A stretch of 59,227 bases of DNA, the filler included, from Sphacelaria rigidula (taxonomy: Eukaryota), in the NCBI GenBank assembly GCA_964200075.2. It is 5 parts of 5 records of this genome, joined end to end, with 100 filler letters (N's around TTAATTAATTAA, not from the genome) between each part and the next. Parts side by side here need not be neighbours in the genome. Positions count along the whole stretch, not along the records: positions 23,733 to 35,498 come from CAXNAA020004532.1; positions 35,599 to 47,363 come from CAXNAA020004533.1; 3 more parts are not named here. One strand, given 5' to 3'. The notes under the pieces were generated by a model. That model was not told where the DNA came from and ran no database searches. It worked only from the letters and a program-made list of their open reading frames with translations. The position numbers were made by a program, and so were the translations under genes. This document shows, piece by piece, positions 24,479 to 38,148 of this stretch (the stretch's first letter is position 1; each line of letters begins with the position of its first letter).

Positions 24479-26835
24479 TATATGACGGTCATTTGTCATA
24501 ACTTTAGGTCTGGGGAAGCACAGCTTCGGAGTTGAAACTCATTTCAATGTTCAAATTCGTTCCTAAGGGTGGTCTCTTGAGCGCACGGCAAACGTTGTGG
24601 TAGTATGTGGCCATCCTGGTACTTTTTACAACATTCGTACATTCAACTCCTGCGCAACGGAGTGCAAGAGCCAAACAACGCATCATTCGCACTTCTCAAC
24701 CAAGAATGATACAAGCACCCAACGCGTCTAAATTGCAGGTGGTCTCAACTCCGTGATTAAGTATGCATCGCGCACCTTTCGTTCATGTAAGCTTGCAAGC
24801 TTTTCCGCGCAAAACAGTTCATAGGAAGCCATGGCTCGAACCGCTACTCACGCCATGCATACGAATGCAACAACGGCAAGTTTCTCATCAAGCGCCGAGC
24901 CACCACGACATGTGTGCATTATGAACTATCTCGGTGCAGCACGTTGAAAGCGTTGTCAATACTCGTCCCATACACCAAGATGTGTTTAGCCACCATACAA
25001 CGACCACAGCGCCTCTTCCTCATGCAGTTTTCATGACGTCTTGAAGTCCTCAGACTCCTCTTCTTGACCACGGCTGGCCAACCTTGAACCAACTCTCGCG
25101 CGATCCCCCCGACCAACGCACGCAATAGTTGCGCCTCGTGTTCCGCAGGCTGTTGGGGCAGGCCAGCTGTTGATGAATCCCCCACACCTTGCGCGCGAGC
25201 GATACCACAGCATGCTCTAGCACTACCTCAAAACCTCCTTGGCTCTGCTCTTGCCAGCGCCTCTCGACGTAGACACGCCTTGAGCTGGTCTTGTTTGCTG
25301 CAAACTGATCAGGTCTGCAGAGTCATAACTGTCTTGATGTGTCAGCTGTTTTCCAGCGGATCACATGAACGCTTTTGACGGAGTTCTGCACTCAAGACGA
25401 GATTGCTACGTGGACTCCTTCCATGCTACAGTCATTCATACATTGACCTTAGCTGTTTATTATGCGGAGAGGAGCATCCCAGCTTCTCTCCCACAGAGTG
25501 AGCGAAGTAATCCAGGCGATCAAAATGAAACACCCCCGCGGAGATCACCGATCATACTTGCCTACCCGGAGTACATTAACCAGCTGTAAACATGCCCACT
25601 ACATGTAGTCCCGATCCCATTCGAGTACCAAACCTATGCAACAACGACAGCCAAAGTCTACGGGGGTTCTCCCGCATGCACCAGCTTCATACAAATACTC
25701 AACGTATACTTGCTTCATGTAGGCAGGCGTCCTGTGTAACCTAAAAACCAATAGTTCCGACACCAAAGTGATGAGAACTTCCAGGCAATCTGCGTGGAGG
25801 TAGCGCTCAAAGAATAACCCTTCGGGGGTGGGTCACCTGGGTCTCGCATCCACTTTTCGAGTGATGATAATGCCAGTGTGACAGAAGACCCACCCTAGCT
25901 ATCAAAGGGTCGCTGTCGAGCCACCAGCGCTTGCCTCTGCACGTGTATACTCAAATTGCACACTCCACCGCCAAAGGGTTGAACCTTGAAAGAGCGAAGA
26001 GCACGGCGGCAACAATCCCGGAAACTCTTGAATGGGCGGGTAAGCTGGCCCAAAGAGATCCATGAACCGTGAAAGTTGAACCCAATCGGCAACATTTGAA
26101 CAGAACGCACTGGAAACCTACGATCGGAAACAGCCATTGAAGAGCCTACCTGACGTGCACGCAGATTTAGGCAACGAAGAAAGTAGATGCCACCGCGCCC
26201 CTGTGGTGGAATTGTTTCGACGCTTCGAGACGATAAAGCGGGATTGGTGTGTGTATTATCGTGCACCGCTGGCCGCAAAGTCTAGGTGCGGTCCATGAGT
26301 GGAATCAGCATTCTATTTGTGAAGCCAAGTAGTCAGTCGCGCGGCACTAGCGGTCCATTGTTAGATGTCATGGAGCGAAGTACATTAACAGAAGATCATG
26401 GGTGTTCCACAGGGTACAACATCGATCCTCTCTTTTTTTTTTTCGTGGGAGCCGTACCTGCGTTGAACAGCTATACAGCTGGTGTTTGCGTCCTCTCCAC
26501 CGGTGCTGTAAGCGCTCTGTGAACACCTTCCCTGCCCTAGACACAGACCTACGACAATCCAACGCAATGGCCGCGGAGAAGTAACGTTCTTGTGTTATTT
26601 TTTGTTCTCTTCACAGATAGTCGGACACTGACGAGAGCTAAACGTGGCCAACATCGATCACGGCCACTAGCGCTCGTCTACGGCAAGCACGAGGACGCGC
26701 GTTCGACCCGAGTTGTCCATGGAACACATGGTGGCGTCACATTATATGGCATACGATATTGCCGATCCAGGAGGGACGAAAGGAGGACAGAAAACGAGGC
26801 TTTATACACGATGCCGCTCCCGGCGACGAGTATGC

Positions 26836-27516
26836 ATGTCGCTACCGTCTTCCAGGTCGTATTCGCTCTTCGCTTTCATTGCTTTTTTTGCCTCGACTGT
26901 GCTGTACGACAGACAGGGTGGCGTTGCAAGCGCGATTCCTTGCGCACCCACCACTCAGCAATCTATTACGGTGAATCCGTCGTCCGCGACTACAGTATCG
27001 GCCGTATTCGAATGTGAGGGCGGAAATTTCGACGTGACGTGGTCCGGTATCGTTAGTGTCCAGGAGTCGATCGTGATCGGCAACGGCACTACGGTGTCTA
27101 TCGCCGGAAACCACGTCAGTGACCTCACAGTCGGAGATTCTTCGGACAGCACCGGCACCAGCAGTGACGAATCGTCGGCGATCCTTACGACCGACAATAT
27201 CGGGCCTGTGTTCTTGGTGCGTGGGGGAACCTTGAATATTGAGGGCGTTGCCATCCGAGGAGGCAACTCTATGAACGCCACGGAAACAGCCGGACTGAGC
27301 GTTATCAACGGCGGGGGTATATCTGCGGAGGACGCAAACGTGACGGTCACAGGTTGCACTTTCGAGAACAACTTCGCGGATTGGGTAGGAGGGGGTTTAT
27401 TTGCCAATCGATCGAGGGTAGAGGTGCGTGATTCGGCGTTTCGGGAGTGCAAAGCAGGGGATACCCCGGTGGCGGGTGAGGTCGACGGCGTGGAGGGTGC
27501 AGGAGGTGGCGTTGGG
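26836..27516 (+). CDS. Polymorphic outer membrane protein-like (parallel beta-helix) secreted protein, exon 1
   Basis: Signal-peptide-like MSLPSSRSYSLFAFIAFFAST; FECEGGNFDVTWSG; GGGI / FENN / GGGLF repeats; phase-0 GTGAGA donor. Confidence 0.85.
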
Positions 27517-27951
27517 GTGAGAGAGTGCGCAAGCTCGTGCATGCATGTGGCAGACAATATCCCTAATGCTGGTGTGTTTTGTCCTGGCTGTTGAGCATAA
27601 ATGTCTGCACGAGCGCGAGTCGCTGTGGTGGGCACGTGTCTTCACATTGCTTGCGATTCCGTTTAAGCGTGCCCTGAGCTTGTTTTGAGAGTGTTATATT
27701 TGGCAGGGTGTGCTGTCTGTCTTCAGTCTTTAATCATTTCCATCATCATGCAAAGGCGTTAGATCTTGAACATGCCTTGCATGACTCATTTCCTCATGCA
27801 CCTCGGCCTCGGGTTGTTCTCGTTTTTTACAAGATTCTTCTCGTGTCTGAACCCGGTCCCAAAGCTCCAGAATGCGCCACATAACTTCCTCTTCTGCTCT
27901 TTCCCGCCACACCATATTTCCCTTCTCGCATCATGGACGCCTCATGAGTAG

Positions 27952-28105
27952 GTTGAATGGGGGGACTTGTTGGTGGATAACTGCCTATTCTACGACAATT
28001 TTGCGAGCAAAAAGGGCGCGGGCGTGCACATGGCCAACGGGAAGTTGTCCGTGTTGAACTCGATTTTTCTCAATAATTTGGCCGGAAGCAACAACGAAGA
28101 AGACG
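27952..28105 (+). CDS. POMP-like protein, exon 2
   Basis: TAG acceptor; VEWGDLLVDNCLFYDNFASKKGAGVH...FLNN; phase-1 GTGCGT donor. Confidence 0.85.
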
Positions 28106-28416
28106 GTGCGTAGACAATGCGAAACGTGACTTTGGTGTGATTTGAGATACTGTATGCACTAGTGTCCGTAACGTGGTTCGTATTCATAGAACGGTGAGCC
28201 AGCGTGTCGTCCATATGCATCCTGTGTCTCAAGCTTTCCCTGTCGAGGCATACACTTCTGCCAGCACGAACGCGATGCTATTGATGCTCTCCTTCTGCAT
28301 CAGTGACTCGGCAATAATCATTCGTGGTGTGCAAATCAAAATACCCTCTCGCTTCTCGCTCCTGACCGTTCACCCGTGACCTGGGAAATCCCGCGTCCTC
28401 TCGCCGATTCGTTCAG

Positions 28417-28733
28417 CGGAAGAAATCGGCCAGGGGGGCGACATGTCAATCACAGCATGCGTGGCAGGTTTCGACAACGTCGGGGCGTGTGGAGCCAACG
28501 AGTCTATATTCACCAATGCCCATGTGGCGCGTAAAGGTGGCTCGGTACAGCTGTCGAGGGGAAGTTTGGGACCGGCGCACGTGGAGTTCCATGGGTGCAA
28601 TTTCATGAACGCTTCGGCGGGGAGATACATCGAGGATGATCCGCAGGGGGACGGGGGCACGTTTTCTGTGGGCAAGCAGTCGACGCTGGTTGTAGTGGAT
28701 ACTGTTGTGAGCGGCTCCTACGCAGGGAACAAG
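28417..28733 (+). CDS. POMP-like protein, exon 3
   Basis: CAG acceptor in compatible phase; GQGGDMSI..RKGGSV..GDGGTFSVG..YAGNK; GTAAGA donor. Confidence 0.85.
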
Positions 28734-29421
28734 GTAAGAGTTCGATCGTGAGCTGTTTCTCTACCTTCACATTGTTGTCGTTTTGGAGTTTTCTCTTGAT
28801 GCGTGCTTTTTCACGAGGTACTCGCTTGAGAAGTCGTATCACTGAGGCGAACGGGACAGCTCTGTACCGTGACATCCGTTGGAAGCGCATCTGAATCGCC
28901 TCGTGACCCATTCTAAATTGCTGAATAGGTCATGTATTTTGTCCAATGGTGAGTACACGTATACCATATACCAACGGCGGCTCACCCACATTGAATTACT
29001 GGAATGTAATGCCAACAAGTATCGATCAGCCGGACATGAAACCAGACACCAATTGTCGTAGTTTCTGATTCTAAAGTTCCCCTGGCACGGCAGAGTACAA
29101 GCGCTTGAGCTCACCACTGTTTGCGTGATCGTCGTTTCTAGAATAGACACCAGGAAAATATTTCGGTGTATGGTTTTCCAGGCCCACGGCAATCAGGGAC
29201 TTTGAAGAAGACTACCGACACCACCGTAACTTCTCATTAGACGAGGTCTGCTCAAATCAATCCATGCTACGATGAGGAGTCATCTTCTGACGTAAACGAA
29301 GTATCTAGTGTACGCGAGAAAATACCCAGTGTGATCTTCGGTGGTTAATGACGTTGATGCAACATCAAAATGATCGAACTTGCCCCGACGACCAACCGGT
29401 CCCATGCAATTCTTCCCAAAG

Positions 29422-29697
29422 GGTGGGGCGCTTTCCATATCCGGAGGAGGTAATTGGTCTACCGATGAAGCCGGAGGCATCGTAATCTTGATGAACTCCA
29501 CTTTCCAAGATTCGAAAGCGGGTCGAGAGACCGGAGGAGTCGTCTACGGCAACGAATATACCGTGGTGAACGTTACGGGCGATAGCAATAGCTTTTTTCG
29601 AAATGTCTGTGGCACTGACGGCGGAGTGGTTGCTGCGTCGCAAAACACGAGGGTGGTCGTCGAGGGCGGAATTTTTACCAACAACTCAGCCGACGAG
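29422..29697 (+). CDS. POMP-like protein, exon 4
   Basis: GGALSISGG..TGGVVY..DGGVVA..FTNNSADE; 276 nt; GTAAGC donor. Confidence 0.85.
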
Positions 29698-30357
29698 GTA
29701 AGCCGGGGCACCGCGGTACGGACCGTTTCTGTATATTGTCGGGAAGATGAGCAGATGGAGGATCGACGCAGTCGGGTGTCGGGGTCGAGCGGAAGAGTTT
29801 TGGGAGACACTGCCTCTTTGCGCACAACGTGAAATACCGTTTCTCAAAGGCGTGGCATGCATATTGAGCCACTTGTATGGGGTGTAGTCCATGTAAACAT
29901 CTTGAGCGGTACTTGCTGTCTGTACCGTGTATCCCACGAGTCTGACGAGACATCTGGAAGGGGCAACAAACTCATTGCCTGCTTTTATCACTTGTTGCGG
30001 ATGAGGTGTTCCCCGAGAAATGCAGTCGTGTTCACCAGACTGATGTACCCAAGGTAAGCAAAACAGAAGCACTTGATGGAGGAGAAGAAGAAAAGAGACA
30101 TAAACAAGGAGAAAACAAGTGGTGTGGCTGAAAAGAAAAGACACGCAGAGTCCAAACAGAAATGGAACGAAGGAAGCAAGTGGAAAGGACAGGATAAGAA
30201 CGAAGAAAGAACAGGAGAGGAAATGCCAGTCCCGTCCCTACGGCATGGCTTCAGATGAAAAATGCCAAGCGTGACAACACACATGCCCACACACAAAACA
30301 AAACAGACGTCCATGCAAATCTGATGGTATGTTTATGTGGATCTTCGATGCCTGTAG

Positions 30358-30630
30358 GGTGGCGGCGTATTTTGGACAAACGGCGAGCTCACTATCTCAG
30401 GCGGCCAGTTTATTGGAAACGAGGCGGAGGGAAGAGGCGGGGTGTTTTTCGTCAAAGACGGCCAAGTTGTGTTGGAAAATGGCACTTTTGAGGGCAATGA
30501 AGCGGAAGACGGAGCTGTGGGCTTCACTAGCGAGGACGCTGTGCTATATGTCAATGGAGGAACGTTCTTGCGGAATATTGCTGGCAATGGCGGGGGAGTA
30601 TTCTTTGCCGATGAGGATACCACGTTCGCG
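30358..30630 (+). CDS. POMP-like protein, exon 5 (gene continues, end not found)
   Basis: GGGVFWTNG..FIGNEA..RGGVFF..FEGNEA..GGGVFF; 273 nt; GTGAGT donor. Confidence 0.85.
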
Positions 30631-30940
30631 GTGAGTTTTGGGGCGGATTCGGGGCAAATTATCCGAGGAGGGAGTTTCGTGCAGTAAGTGTTATGCTTCG
30701 CCAGTCTCAAAACCCCGTGTACTGAGACGAAAGTGCGACAGCTAACGTTGAAGGAGGTGTGTTGGCTTGCACCGTTCGTGAACCCATTCGTGGTGGCTGC
30801 TATGAGTAGCGCATTTACAGAGCTACATTCACCCTTTGCGTTCAAGATGGCCTTCAAGGGGTGCCACCGACTGGTCTTGAATGCCGTGGGCAACCCGGGT
30901 GCTGTTCCTGAGCGGCTGCTCTCTGTTTGCGAGTACGACC

Positions 30941-32450
30941 TGTAAGGACAACGCATAATAAAATATGTAGTTGTTAACCTCTCACGTATGCCATCTTATT
31001 CAACCAGAGTCATGGTTGGTGAGATATCCTCAATGGTCGACCTTAGGTCGCCTTCTGGCTCTCCGCACCCGAGGGGTTAACTCTCCTACGCACGAGAAAA
31101 CTACATGAACCAACGTAGCGTTGTGCTGAAATGCAGAGACTGTAGTAAAAGAATGGCACTTGTGAGCGGTGCGAGTAATGAGACTTTTACAGTTTTTGCA
31201 TGATTTAGATGTGTCTCTTTGAAACTCTGACGAGAGCTACGATGTGCTCGAACCTAATGTAACGCTCTAAGTCCTTTCCTACATCAAGTACAGTGAGGCT
31301 GCACACATAGGCTGTACAGGCTTTCTTCACTCGCTATATCGCTACAGATATTCTGCCAGGTCATGAGCCTATCCAATGAAGATTTGGGATCAACGTCGGC
31401 TCTCTCTCGAGGATATTCCCCCCTTAACGGGAAGCCCGATCAGCTTTCTTGTTGGAATGCGATGCTGAGTGTTCTCATGGATCGGCACGGCCTAGGGGGA
31501 TTCATGTCTAGCGCGGATGCGGCGCAGGGCTACCCTGAAGAGGAGACGACCGACCAGCAGAAAGATGCCTAAGCCAAACCAAACAGACATTTGACCAAGA
31601 GAATGCAAGTTCTTCACTCGAGTCTACCTAAGAGTCGCGGACAACGCGGAAATCGTACGAAGGCGTTGCGGGTCAAGTGGTGAGAGCGCAAGGACCGATT
31701 GGAGAGCCTGCGTTTGGTGATGGACGTAGCGGGTATCTTGCAGTTCTTCCCAAGAACCGACTTGAGATGGAGCGCGCATTCAGGACTTGCATGACAAACC
31801 CTCGGATCCTCGTGTGATTCAAGAGTTGCACCGCATATTCCTCGAACTCTCTCGACTCGGACACAGCATAATTGGCGACTCATGCTACGACAGGGGGGCG
31901 GGGGTGTTTGATTCAACGAAAACCTTGGCTCATCGGTGTGTCAGACGGCCTAGCACACTCGCGGTGCGCTTATATTTGGTTTAAAACGGTGTCAATCAGT
32001 ATGAACGAGCGTTATTTATCGGTAGGAAACTCGTTCGAAACACCGTCGCTGCTTTCAATGACGATTTGAAGTGGAACTCGCGAAATAAATGACCCAAAAA
32101 ACCCCGCCCCGCCCCCATCGTAGCATGGCTCTGACGCTCGTCAGAAATACGCGTTTTCCAAGTATTGCCTGACTACGACGCGCTGGAGGCTGTGATATTT
32201 TTCGATCAAAAACGATATCGCGCTATTGCCTTCGACAATGTCCCATCGCAAGTTTCTGAGTTATATGCTTTCTAACTGCGGAGTAAGGTACAGGCAGGCA
32301 ATTGATCGCGTGGGGGCTCAAACGATGAATGCGCACTCAAAACCGTCACGCATGCGGGCGGCTGTGGTGCACGATCCTACACGCGAACGGGGACGAGGCC
32401 GGAACGCCAGTTGTTCATGAGACTCTCGAGCCCCTCTGAAGCATCGAGTA
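30941..32450 (+). mobile_element. Degenerate Ty1/copia-like 5' region (possible LTR plus gag remnant)
   Basis: TG-starting segment ending ...cacaCA before taggctgt; then the gag-like ORF YSPLNGKPDQLSCWNAMLSVLMDRHGL at 31363, broken by stops. Confidence 0.4.
31881..32127. mobile_element. MITE inserted in the gag-like remnant
   Basis: TIRs catgctacgacaggggggcgggggt / accccgccccgcccccatcgtagcatg. Confidence 0.65.
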
Positions 32451-34510
32451 GCGTCAATGCGACGAGGAGTCGAGCTGTCAACTCTTTCGCGTCCAGCTAG
32501 GGAGGGCGTCGGAACGTTCGGGGCGGAGTGGATCGCCATGGGTGTTGTCGATGTCTACCGAGCACGACTCGGAACGATGTTCACTGCGTGACGATCGCGT
32601 GGAAGACGAGACACCGCGTACGCAACAAGCCAACGGCACGTCCTCTTCTTCCGTATCGGAGACAATTTCTCATGCGTGGTGCACAGGAGTTGTTTGTCAA
32701 GTGAAAATATCTGGTGTCATCGACTCCAAGATTGTGAGAGGCGACCATGACGGTGGCCGACCGAGCGTTGAATGCTTGAATGAGGATGCCTCGTGGCCGG
32801 AAAATGTCATCTTGCCCGCCCAAATCGTGCAGTACGACCATGATTTCAGTCTATCATCCGAGCGTTGAAAGCTTGGACTCGAACATCTCGACGACAGCGA
32901 TTGTCATCACGGTTGACGGGGCCGCGAGCTTGCTGATGCAAAAACAAGACCTCCCCAGCAGTACTACAGTATTTTGCTCAGCGTTTCCCGCCATGAAGGA
33001 AGAGACCAGCTCGGCGGGTGTAGCGCTATCAACCTCGACTGTGCTTCGACGACGCACATGGTCTCGACAAAGTCCAGTTTGGAAAACCATGTAGGCGTCA
33101 TAATCGGCTGCCCCGTCCGCATAGATGATGAAGCGTGCGGATACTCACTCGCCGAGTTCAGGGGTACGATAAAACACAAGAAGGGGGTGACGATAGATCT
33201 CATCTCCAAACCGCTGGGAAGTCCTAGCGGAAATCCAACTTTCCCAATATCGATTGCAGTTGCAAGGATGTTCGCTCTTCGGTTGGTACTGAGTGAGCAG
33301 CCGCAGAAGCTTCCAAACGTCGGACGGATCAGATCGTGACAGATGCGGATCGGCTTATGTGGGGTGTAGATCGTGATCTGTCCGAGCTGTGCTGTCCCTC
33401 GTTCACGTTTGTCAGATGGAGATCTACAGAACCCGTTTCACCTATGGATATTTGCGGAGTGACGAGCTACATGACCCGCTTAACACACAAACGCTCATGT
33501 AGAACTGATCTGCAAAACTGCGTCATCTGCACAACATTAATAGTTGTCACTTACATAACTCGGCTCATTCAAACGGAGCAGCTTCTCGTCGACCCGTGTG
33601 ATTTTAACCTCTTGTATACCAAAAGCTACCCCTCACCTGTGAGTGAGATCCGAATCCAGTATACAAGAAACAGTGTTGTGTACTCCTCACCTACCTGCTA
33701 ACCTAGATGACCCTGGTACATGGTGCGTGTTCATAATACCGTAGGTTGACTGTAGCAACCCGGGCACATGAAACAGGAAGTTGATGCTCCAGTGACTTCA
33801 CTCCTTCATGAAGTTGTGCCAGCGGCAGCATGGATGATCCTTTTCGTATTTCCTCGTTCAGGGTGCGCACTCATGTGCGGCTGGAAAAGGAAGGGTCACT
33901 GTAGCTCTATACTCAATTGACACATCATGGCGCTGTTCGGCCAGCGTCCGACCAAAATCATGAACGTGTACATTGCCCGCGTTAGTGAAGCACGGGTGGC
34001 CCCCGCAAGCCCGCCCGACGATCAGCCTCATGATCTTTGCGATCTGCGAGTGATCGGATATTTGTATGAACCGTTTGACCTATACACATTTCTCGGCTGG
34101 TGACCTGAAGAACCCGGTGCTCTGTACACATGGCTTCATGAACGATCTGTATGACCCGTGTGATTCGTGCGAGTCCGCTTGATGGTGATCTGCATGGCCC
34201 GAGTTACTTGTACTAGGGTTTTCATGAGTCATTCGTATACTCCGTTTTATCCGTCCAGGGCCCACCACTTCGACACACCTGCGTAATCCGAATCAGGTGT
34301 ACTCAAAACGCCGATAACAACCTGTGATACCCTCATGACTCGTACAAGGTACCTCCTTCGTGATCGATGATACCCGGGACACAAGAACCGTTCCATAGCT
34401 AGCTGCACTGCGTGATCCGAAACGTGTAAGCAAACGCGCGCACACTCTACCTGTGTAACACGGGTGACACAGATAATGATCTGTTCGACATGTGGAAGCT
34501 TCATCATATC

Positions 34511-34721
34511 TGTAATGCGTGAGAGGACCGCGTGCTTAGAGGACCGCGCCGTAGTTCAAAACACCTCAGGGTCGATGTTTTCCGAAACCAATCGGGCCAG
34601 TCCCTGCAGGTAACACGCCCCTGACCACAACCCCAACCCCAACCCTAACCCTAACCCTAACCATGGGGATGTTCAAATTCCGATGCGGTCCTCCAAGCAC
34701 GCGGTCCTCTCACGCATTACA
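34511..34721. mobile_element. MITE family C, copy 2
   Basis: Same TIRs as 24272-24478; contains (CCCTAA)3. Confidence 0.85.
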
Positions 34722-35114
34722 AAATCGTTGCCGCAGCTGACCCTAGCATCGCCGAAGGGGGTATTGTAACCCCTTTGCGCCGAAACAACTTGGCGACAGT
34801 AAAGTCTACTGGAGTTAGCGCTCATTGAGTAGCCCAGTGGCTGTTTCTTCTTCTTCAGTATTCACTTCTCACACTTTCCCTTGTTGGAGGCTTGTCTGTT
34901 GTCCGAAGGGGTCGGCCCAACTCTCCCACCGTTGATGTGACGTGTCCACAAATGTTCATCCCGGCGTCCATTCGAGCTGTTGAGCTCGTAGATCGAATTT
35001 CCGCTTTGCCCCAGAGTTGTCATCTCTGTATTTAACCCTGCTACTGTGTAGGGTTTGCTGTGCTCACTCTGGCCTGGCGCACTCAACACGGGATCTCACA
35101 AATTTGGGATGTAT

Positions 35115-35498
35115 CTTCTATTGGGGATGAGAAACCCGGAGAATGAATATCTTCGTATCCACACCAAATCTTCGAAATATGGTTTCATTTCTTCACCGAC
35201 TGATAGCTATAGACAACTGCTACACACCATAGGAATTTGAATATCGATCACCGAAATGTTGGGGTCATAGGTGGAGAACCAATTTCTGGGAATTTCAGGT
35301 GTCCGAACGGACGCCAAAATGGTTCCGAAATGGGTTTTTTCACCTAGGGCCCCAACATTTCGGTGATTGAAATCTAGTTTCTATGGCGTGTAGCAGTTGT
35401 CAAAAGCTATCAGTAGGTGAAGGAATAGAACCATATTTCGAAGATTTGGTGTGGATACGAAGATTTTAATTCTCCGGGTTTCCCATCCCCAATAAAAG
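35115..35498. mobile_element. Foldback element with ~150-bp TIRs
   Basis: cttctattggggatgagaaacccggagaat...ccgaaatgttggg is inverted relative to cccaacatttcgg...tctccgggtttcccatccccaataaaag. Confidence 0.85.
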
Positions 35499-35598
35499 NN
35501 NNNNNNNNNNNNNNNNNNNNNNNNNNNNNNNNNNNNNNNNNNTTAATTAATTAANNNNNNNNNNNNNNNNNNNNNNNNNNNNNNNNNNNNNNNNNNNN
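35499..35598. other. Artificial contig spacer
   Basis: N run with TTAATTAATTAA. Confidence 0.99.
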
Positions 35599-37974
35599 CC
35601 CCCCGATTTTGAAGAAGTTGGCATCTCACAAAAATCGAGATTCGTTGCCACAAAATATGGTCTCATCTCCTTCAAAAAGAACCCGCTTCAGTAACTGAGC
35701 ACATTGTGAATGACCTTCGTCAAATCTGTTCAGAATCTAATGAGACGACGATTCATGTGATACGTGCCGTGCGCACTGCACACGCACACAAACGGTCAAC
35801 AGCGACACATTTTCGAGTGTAATTTGACACGCACGATCCTTATTCCTCCAATACAGAACTGGTTTCCGTCAAAAGCGGCCTTGTGTAGATTGGCAAGCGC
35901 TGCCGCTGGAACCAATGCGCGTGAGTGGTGGATGCCTTGGCGTGTTTCTTCGGGGCAGGTGTTGTCTTGCCTTGTTTTGTCTTGTCTGTAGCAGTATAGA
36001 GATGTTGGACTAACGACCACTTCCAGGACCGCCGAATTTCCGGACCTGCGTGTAGATCTGGGTTTCGATCTGCACACAACTACTTCTCGGTAAGAGTCAA
36101 GCTGGTCGTTGTGGGGACAATTCCCCTTCAAAAGGGGTTAATCAAAAAGGGGCAGCGAATAGATCGGAGTTGGGTTATGCGTTTTTGGAATATTACAACG
36201 CTTGTCGGGGAAAAAAACGCTTCCCAGGTAGCACAACGCCCCTGGACATTCTCTAGATAGCAGAACCGTCAGAATATGATCGCAGATGAGAACAACACTG
36301 TCCAGCTTACGCGTAGAACCGCGTGTCGGTCAAATAGGCGTCCTGTGCCACCAGAGAACTGACGGTACAGACGCACACACGAACAGCAGCAGTAGTATCG
36401 GCTCAGCCTTTCTCCTTCTATGCGAGCGAGAAACCAGACCACACCTCGTCTATGCAGGCGGGCTTGGTGTCTCTCGGCGGGACACACAAAGGAAGGGGTC
36501 AAACTGCTCAAGTTCATGGCAGTGCCCGCCCTGGAGACCTTCAATGTTTCGACATCACAGCCTCGTGTTGTTTTTACACACATCCTGCAATCAAAGCAGT
36601 GCTACGTTTCAGGTGCTCAAGAGTGCTTCTGGAGACATGCGGCTACAGAAAAAGTTGCCGACGACTGTCACTGCACGTGTGCACGTGTGTAATTTTGTAA
36701 GTGTGTAAGTCCGTGTGTGTGCGAGCGCGCGCACGCGCGCAAACGTGTCTTTGAAGTCGACCAGCTTGCGGTCTATCCGACCAGACGGTGCTCGGCGCAT
36801 GTATGTGGACTACACGCACACAGGGGCAGCGTATCAACATAAAAGCGATAGATTTCAAACCCACAAAGCGATGCTGAAGACATGCGGTTACATACCAAGT
36901 TCCCAAGCACTTTTGTGGCTATAGCTGTGAGCAACTCCTGAGGTCAAGGCCGCGACGACAACAACGGTAGCCGTCACCCTCTTCCAATAGAGCACACCCT
37001 GTGCAACACGTTACAGATGAAAAAGTGTACTACGTATAGTCGCAGTACAGTTTTCACTCATGAAATTGAATTGGTCCAGGATGTGCTCAATCGACAGTTT
37101 ACAGCCTACAGCGAACAGCAAGTTTTGCTGACCTGGTGATATGCCCTCCTTCGCCGGCTTGAGGGGAGGATTACAACAGATTCGCGCTGCTTTCTGTTAT
37201 AGGCATGGCTCAGGGTATCACTGGCCAGGCACCTACTGACTCTCGTATACTGACAAGCACCACGAGGTATACCCCGCCCGATTGCCTTATGGGGGGTAAT
37301 CATGTCCGATTTCACAATAAGTTGAACGTTGTTGTCAGACTCTCCGACGATTTCCAGGTTGAATCAGATGCCCAGTACGAATGTACCGCGCAGATATCGG
37401 AACGGTTTACTGTGAAGACAACAACAACAACAACAAATTCTGACAAAAAAAATCACTTGCAACAACAGTTCGAAAACGTCCAATGATAGGGGGCAACTTT
37501 GGATTTTCCGCTGGCTGCACGTTCATTCTTGGCCGAACACGGATTTTCAATGACAAACGGTCAAGCGATCAAAGTACTGGGGGATTTTTTTTCATCACCT
37601 GACCGTTTTTCATTGAAAATTCGTGTTTGGGATGATTTGGTCAAAAACAAAGTGCGGCCAGGGGAAAATGCAGAGTTGCCCTAAAAGGGTCTCAATGAGT
37701 AGAGCAAGTCATTCCAAGGCGTCGACATCCGCCTGGCCCTCTTTTCGAGCGTAAATCGCCGGAGAAGGGTCCACAAGGCAGCTTTCGACAGGAATTCTGA
37801 ACGGCTCCCATAAGAGTTGGCCTAAGCACGAACGTACGGAGTAAGAACAACTCTGATGGGAGCCATTCAATTTTTTTTATTTTCAAAAAATTCAAACGCG
37901 TTTTTTTCTGCCACGATTCTGAACGGGGACCAAAACACACATTTTTCAACTGGAATTTTGAACGGCTCCCATCA

Positions 37975-38148
37975 GGCCAACTCTTATGGGAGCGTTTAGA
38001 ATTTCATTTGCAATAATTTTAAATGACTAGTTTTTTTCTTTGCCGTGGTTGTGTATTTTGTGCCCGTTCACCATCATGACAAAGAAAAATATATATCCTC
38101 CGACATTGTTGCAAAATAAAATTACAAACGCTCCCATAAGAGTTGGCC
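37975..38148. mobile_element. Tourist/PIF-like MITE, short variant
   Basis: TIR ggccaactcttatgggagcgttt / aaacgctcccataagagttggcc; abuts related elements at 37490-37974. Confidence 0.85.

Noticed and set aside
24900-26280. KRRCGRC knuckle suggesting a Mutator-like remnant
   Set aside because: No supporting SWIM or DDE motifs and no ends found.
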